A stretch of DNA of 46,887 nucleotides, from NCBI GenBank assembly GCA_964431565.1, contig CAYSKN010000001.1, positions 1 to 46,887 of the forward strand, written 5' to 3'. The stretch comes from an uncultured Gemmatimonas sp. (GTDB lineage Bacteria > Gemmatimonadota > Gemmatimonadetes > Gemmatimonadales > Gemmatimonadaceae). The position numbers were made by a program, and so were the translations under genes. Shown here in pieces: positions 45,127 through 46,887 of the stretch (within the stretch, counting starts at the first letter, position 1; every line of letters starts with the position of its first letter). The notes beneath the pieces are model-generated. The model worked only from the letters and a program-made list of their open reading frames with translations. It was not told the DNA's origin and did not search any database.

Positions 45127-45675
45127 TCAGGGTGAAGGGCGGATCCATCTGCGCCCGAGTGCCATGAGGGACCAGACTGCTGTGGTGATTACAAGCAGGA
45201 ACTTCGCCGTGGCGGCGATTCCGGCAAGAAGGGCGCGACCTCCCGATGCCCCGGAGGAGATCATCTGCCAGAGCAGCACGTTCTCCAGCGCGTCGAGGGG
45301 TATGCACAGCAGTATGCCCCAACCGAGAGCACGACCCATACGCGAAAAAACCGGGTTGACCATCCATGGGGCACTGAGCAGGCTTTGTACACTCATCGCG
45401 AGGAAAATTGGGTAGACGAGCAGGAACGCCACGTCCAGGCCAAGACTCACGCGAGCAGTCTCGAGGACACCGTGATTTCTCCATGTTTCAAGGATCAATT
45501 CCGCCCGGTCGCGACTGAACGCCAGCTCGTAGCCTATTATGCCTCGAGGTGTATCCTGCGTGCGAAGACCTGAATCGAGCGTCCGGAGCTGGAGCATGAG
45601 CACCATCGAGAGTGTTGCCAGAAAAAGCCAGCCGAAGAAGCGCATGCTGGTGAGGGTAGCACTTCGCATTCGCAT
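45127..45675 (-). CDS. Hypothetical integral membrane protein (start uncertain: 45717, 45675 or 45645)
   Basis: GIIGYELAF, LDVAFLLVY, DALENV, ATAKF; several TM helices. Confidence 0.7.
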   Translation of the reverse strand: MRMRSATLTSMRFFGWLFLATLSMVLMLQLRTLDSGLRTQDTPRGIIGYELAFSRDRAELILETWRNHGVLETARVSLGLDVAFLLVYPIFLAMSVQSLLSAPWMVNPVFSRMGRALGWGILLCIPLDALENVLLWQMISSGASGGRALLAGIAATAKFLLVITTAVWSLMALGRRWIRPSP

Positions 45676-45704
45676 GCGGAACAGGAAGGCGCTATCTCTT
45701 ACGG

Positions 45705-46340
45705 ATGATTCCGGCATTGCCTGTTTCTGCTGAAGCCATGGTAGGGGTGGCGGTGGGTCTTGGCCTTGCGGCGGCCGCCGGGTTTCGGGTGTTTGTGCCC
45801 TTGCTTGCGGCGGCCGTGGCTGCGAAGGCGGAGATTCTGGCACTGTCTCCCGGGTTCCAGTGGTTGGCGGGTACACCTGCACTTGCGGCATTGGTCACGG
45901 CTACTCTGCTCGAAATCGCCGCTTACGCCGTTCCTTGGCTGGATCAACTGCTCGATATGGTGACTACGCCTGCCGCGATGCTGGCCGGCATGCTGGCTGC
46001 GGCCTCGGTGGTGGTGGACCTGCCGCCGTTGCTGAAATGGAGTATCGTGGTGGTTGGCGCGGGGGCGGCGGGCATGACGCAGGGGGCAACGGTGCTCACG
46101 CGATTCAAGAGCACGACGCTTACCGGTGGCGTCGGCAATCCGGCGGTATCGGCTTTCGAGCTGGTTGGCGCAGTCGTGACTAGTGCTCTTGCGATCTTCC
46201 TGCCGCTGTTCACCCTGGTTGCGGTCATCCTGCTGCTGATGCTTTTTGCGCGGCGCGTGCACGGAGTGGTATTCGGCCGGCGCGGCGCTGAGAAGGTGGA
46301 GAGGCAGCGTACCGATCCGCCCAGGGTTCCGCGAGGATAG
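45705..46340 (+). CDS. DUF4126 family membrane protein (start may be 45738)
   Basis: GLGLAAAAGFRVFVPLL, LEIAAYAVPWLDQLLD and STTLTGGVGNPAVS motifs. Confidence 0.85.
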   Translation: MIPALPVSAEAMVGVAVGLGLAAAAGFRVFVPLLAAAVAAKAEILALSPGFQWLAGTPALAALVTATLLEIAAYAVPWLDQLLDMVTTPAAMLAGMLAAASVVVDLPPLLKWSIVVVGAGAAGMTQGATVLTRFKSTTLTGGVGNPAVSAFELVGAVVTSALAIFLPLFTLVAVILLLMLFARRVHGVVFGRRGAEKVERQRTDPPRVPRG

Positions 46341-46677
46341 CGACAGTGTGTTGTTTCTGTTGCGTTACTGCTACCATTATGTGCTAATAGTCCCCCGTCG
46401 TGACTGGATTGCGCGAACCGAGCGTGCTTGGGGCGATGCCCATAGAGGCGAACGGGCTCGCAGCAGCATGCATGGAGGTGTGTGTGTGGCACCGACAGGC
46501 GGTACTTGACCACGTTGCTCTTGCTGCGAGGGAGAAGGCTACAGCGGAAGAAGGGTGCTCCACCTGCGGCCAGGCCTCCAGCAGCAGGTGAGTGCGCCGT
46601 CTCATTCGGTGAATTTGCTGGTGCTGCCCTGACGAGACCACTGGCCCGCAGGACTTCCACCAACCACGTTTGTGCTC

Positions 46678-46887
46678 ATGCGTTCATCTTCCCTGGCTAC
46701 CGGTCTGTTCCTGACACTGCTTCTGGGCATGGGTTGCAAGGACGATCAGACACGAGTTGCGGAGGCCGCCGCGAGGCGGATAAAGTCGGCGACCCTCCTG
46801 GGGCCGGGCGATGTGCAGATGGTCAGCATGGATGGCACGATTGGCCTCGAAGTGATTGGAGATTCCGTTCATGTGTTCATGCCAAAC
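46678..46887 (+). CDS. Probable lipoprotein, truncated by the window end
   Basis: Manual translation MRSSSLATGLFLTLLLGMGCKDDQTRVAE...; lipoprotein-type signal peptide; frame is open to the window edge. Confidence 0.6.
   Translation, partial: MRSSSLATGLFLTLLLGMGCKDDQTRVAEAAARRIKSATLLGPGDVQMVSMDGTIGLEVIGDSVHVFMPN

Noticed and set aside
46629..46637. CTGACGAGA as a hammerhead ribozyme core
   Set aside because: No downstream GAAA with flanking stems.
1..46887. CRISPR arrays, tRNA/rRNA genes, transposases, integrases
   Set aside because: No regularly spaced repeats, cloverleaf or rRNA signatures, or recombinase/transposase motifs were seen by eye.

Overview
GC-rich (~60% by eye) bacterial chromosomal segment. 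Gene content and style suggest Gemmatimonadota or a related lineage (inference only). From left to right: (1) part of a type VI secretion locus: tssB cut by the window edge, two divergent tssK paralogues, a kinase-N-lobe/Pro-rich membrane protein, tssL, tssM and a Ser/Thr kinase, with no tssJ visible. (2) A module of two CsgG/HfaB-like proteins, a predicted outer-membrane beta-barrel and a large Ig/InlB-repeat lipoprotein. (3) Housekeeping and envelope genes: M48 protease, clsB, USP, mlaD/mlaE, MgtC-DUF4010, sahR-ahcY with a SahR-like operator, a decayed VOC dioxygenase, Cdd1-like protein, aminotransferase-ridA and an M28 peptidase. (4) An ACT-less pheA divergent from aroF-chorismate mutase, which sits behind an unannotated Phe/Tyr-rich leader peptide with a complete attenuator. 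(5) A two-component pair, a candidate pseudoknotted ncRNA and a Cho/UvrC-like nuclease. (6) A phosphorylation-type ECF sigma coupled to a TPR Ser/Thr kinase, followed by a catalytically dead PP2C-like protein and a stand-alone FHA protein that share an identical GTGATCC-N17-CGCGT promoter-like motif. The most interesting signals are the ECF/kinase/pseudophosphatase/FHA circuit with its promoter motif, the aro attenuator, the FTxM[FI]-repeat T6SS accessory protein, the CsgG-barrel-adhesin module and the candidate ncRNA. Family assignments come from motif recognition by eye, not database searches.
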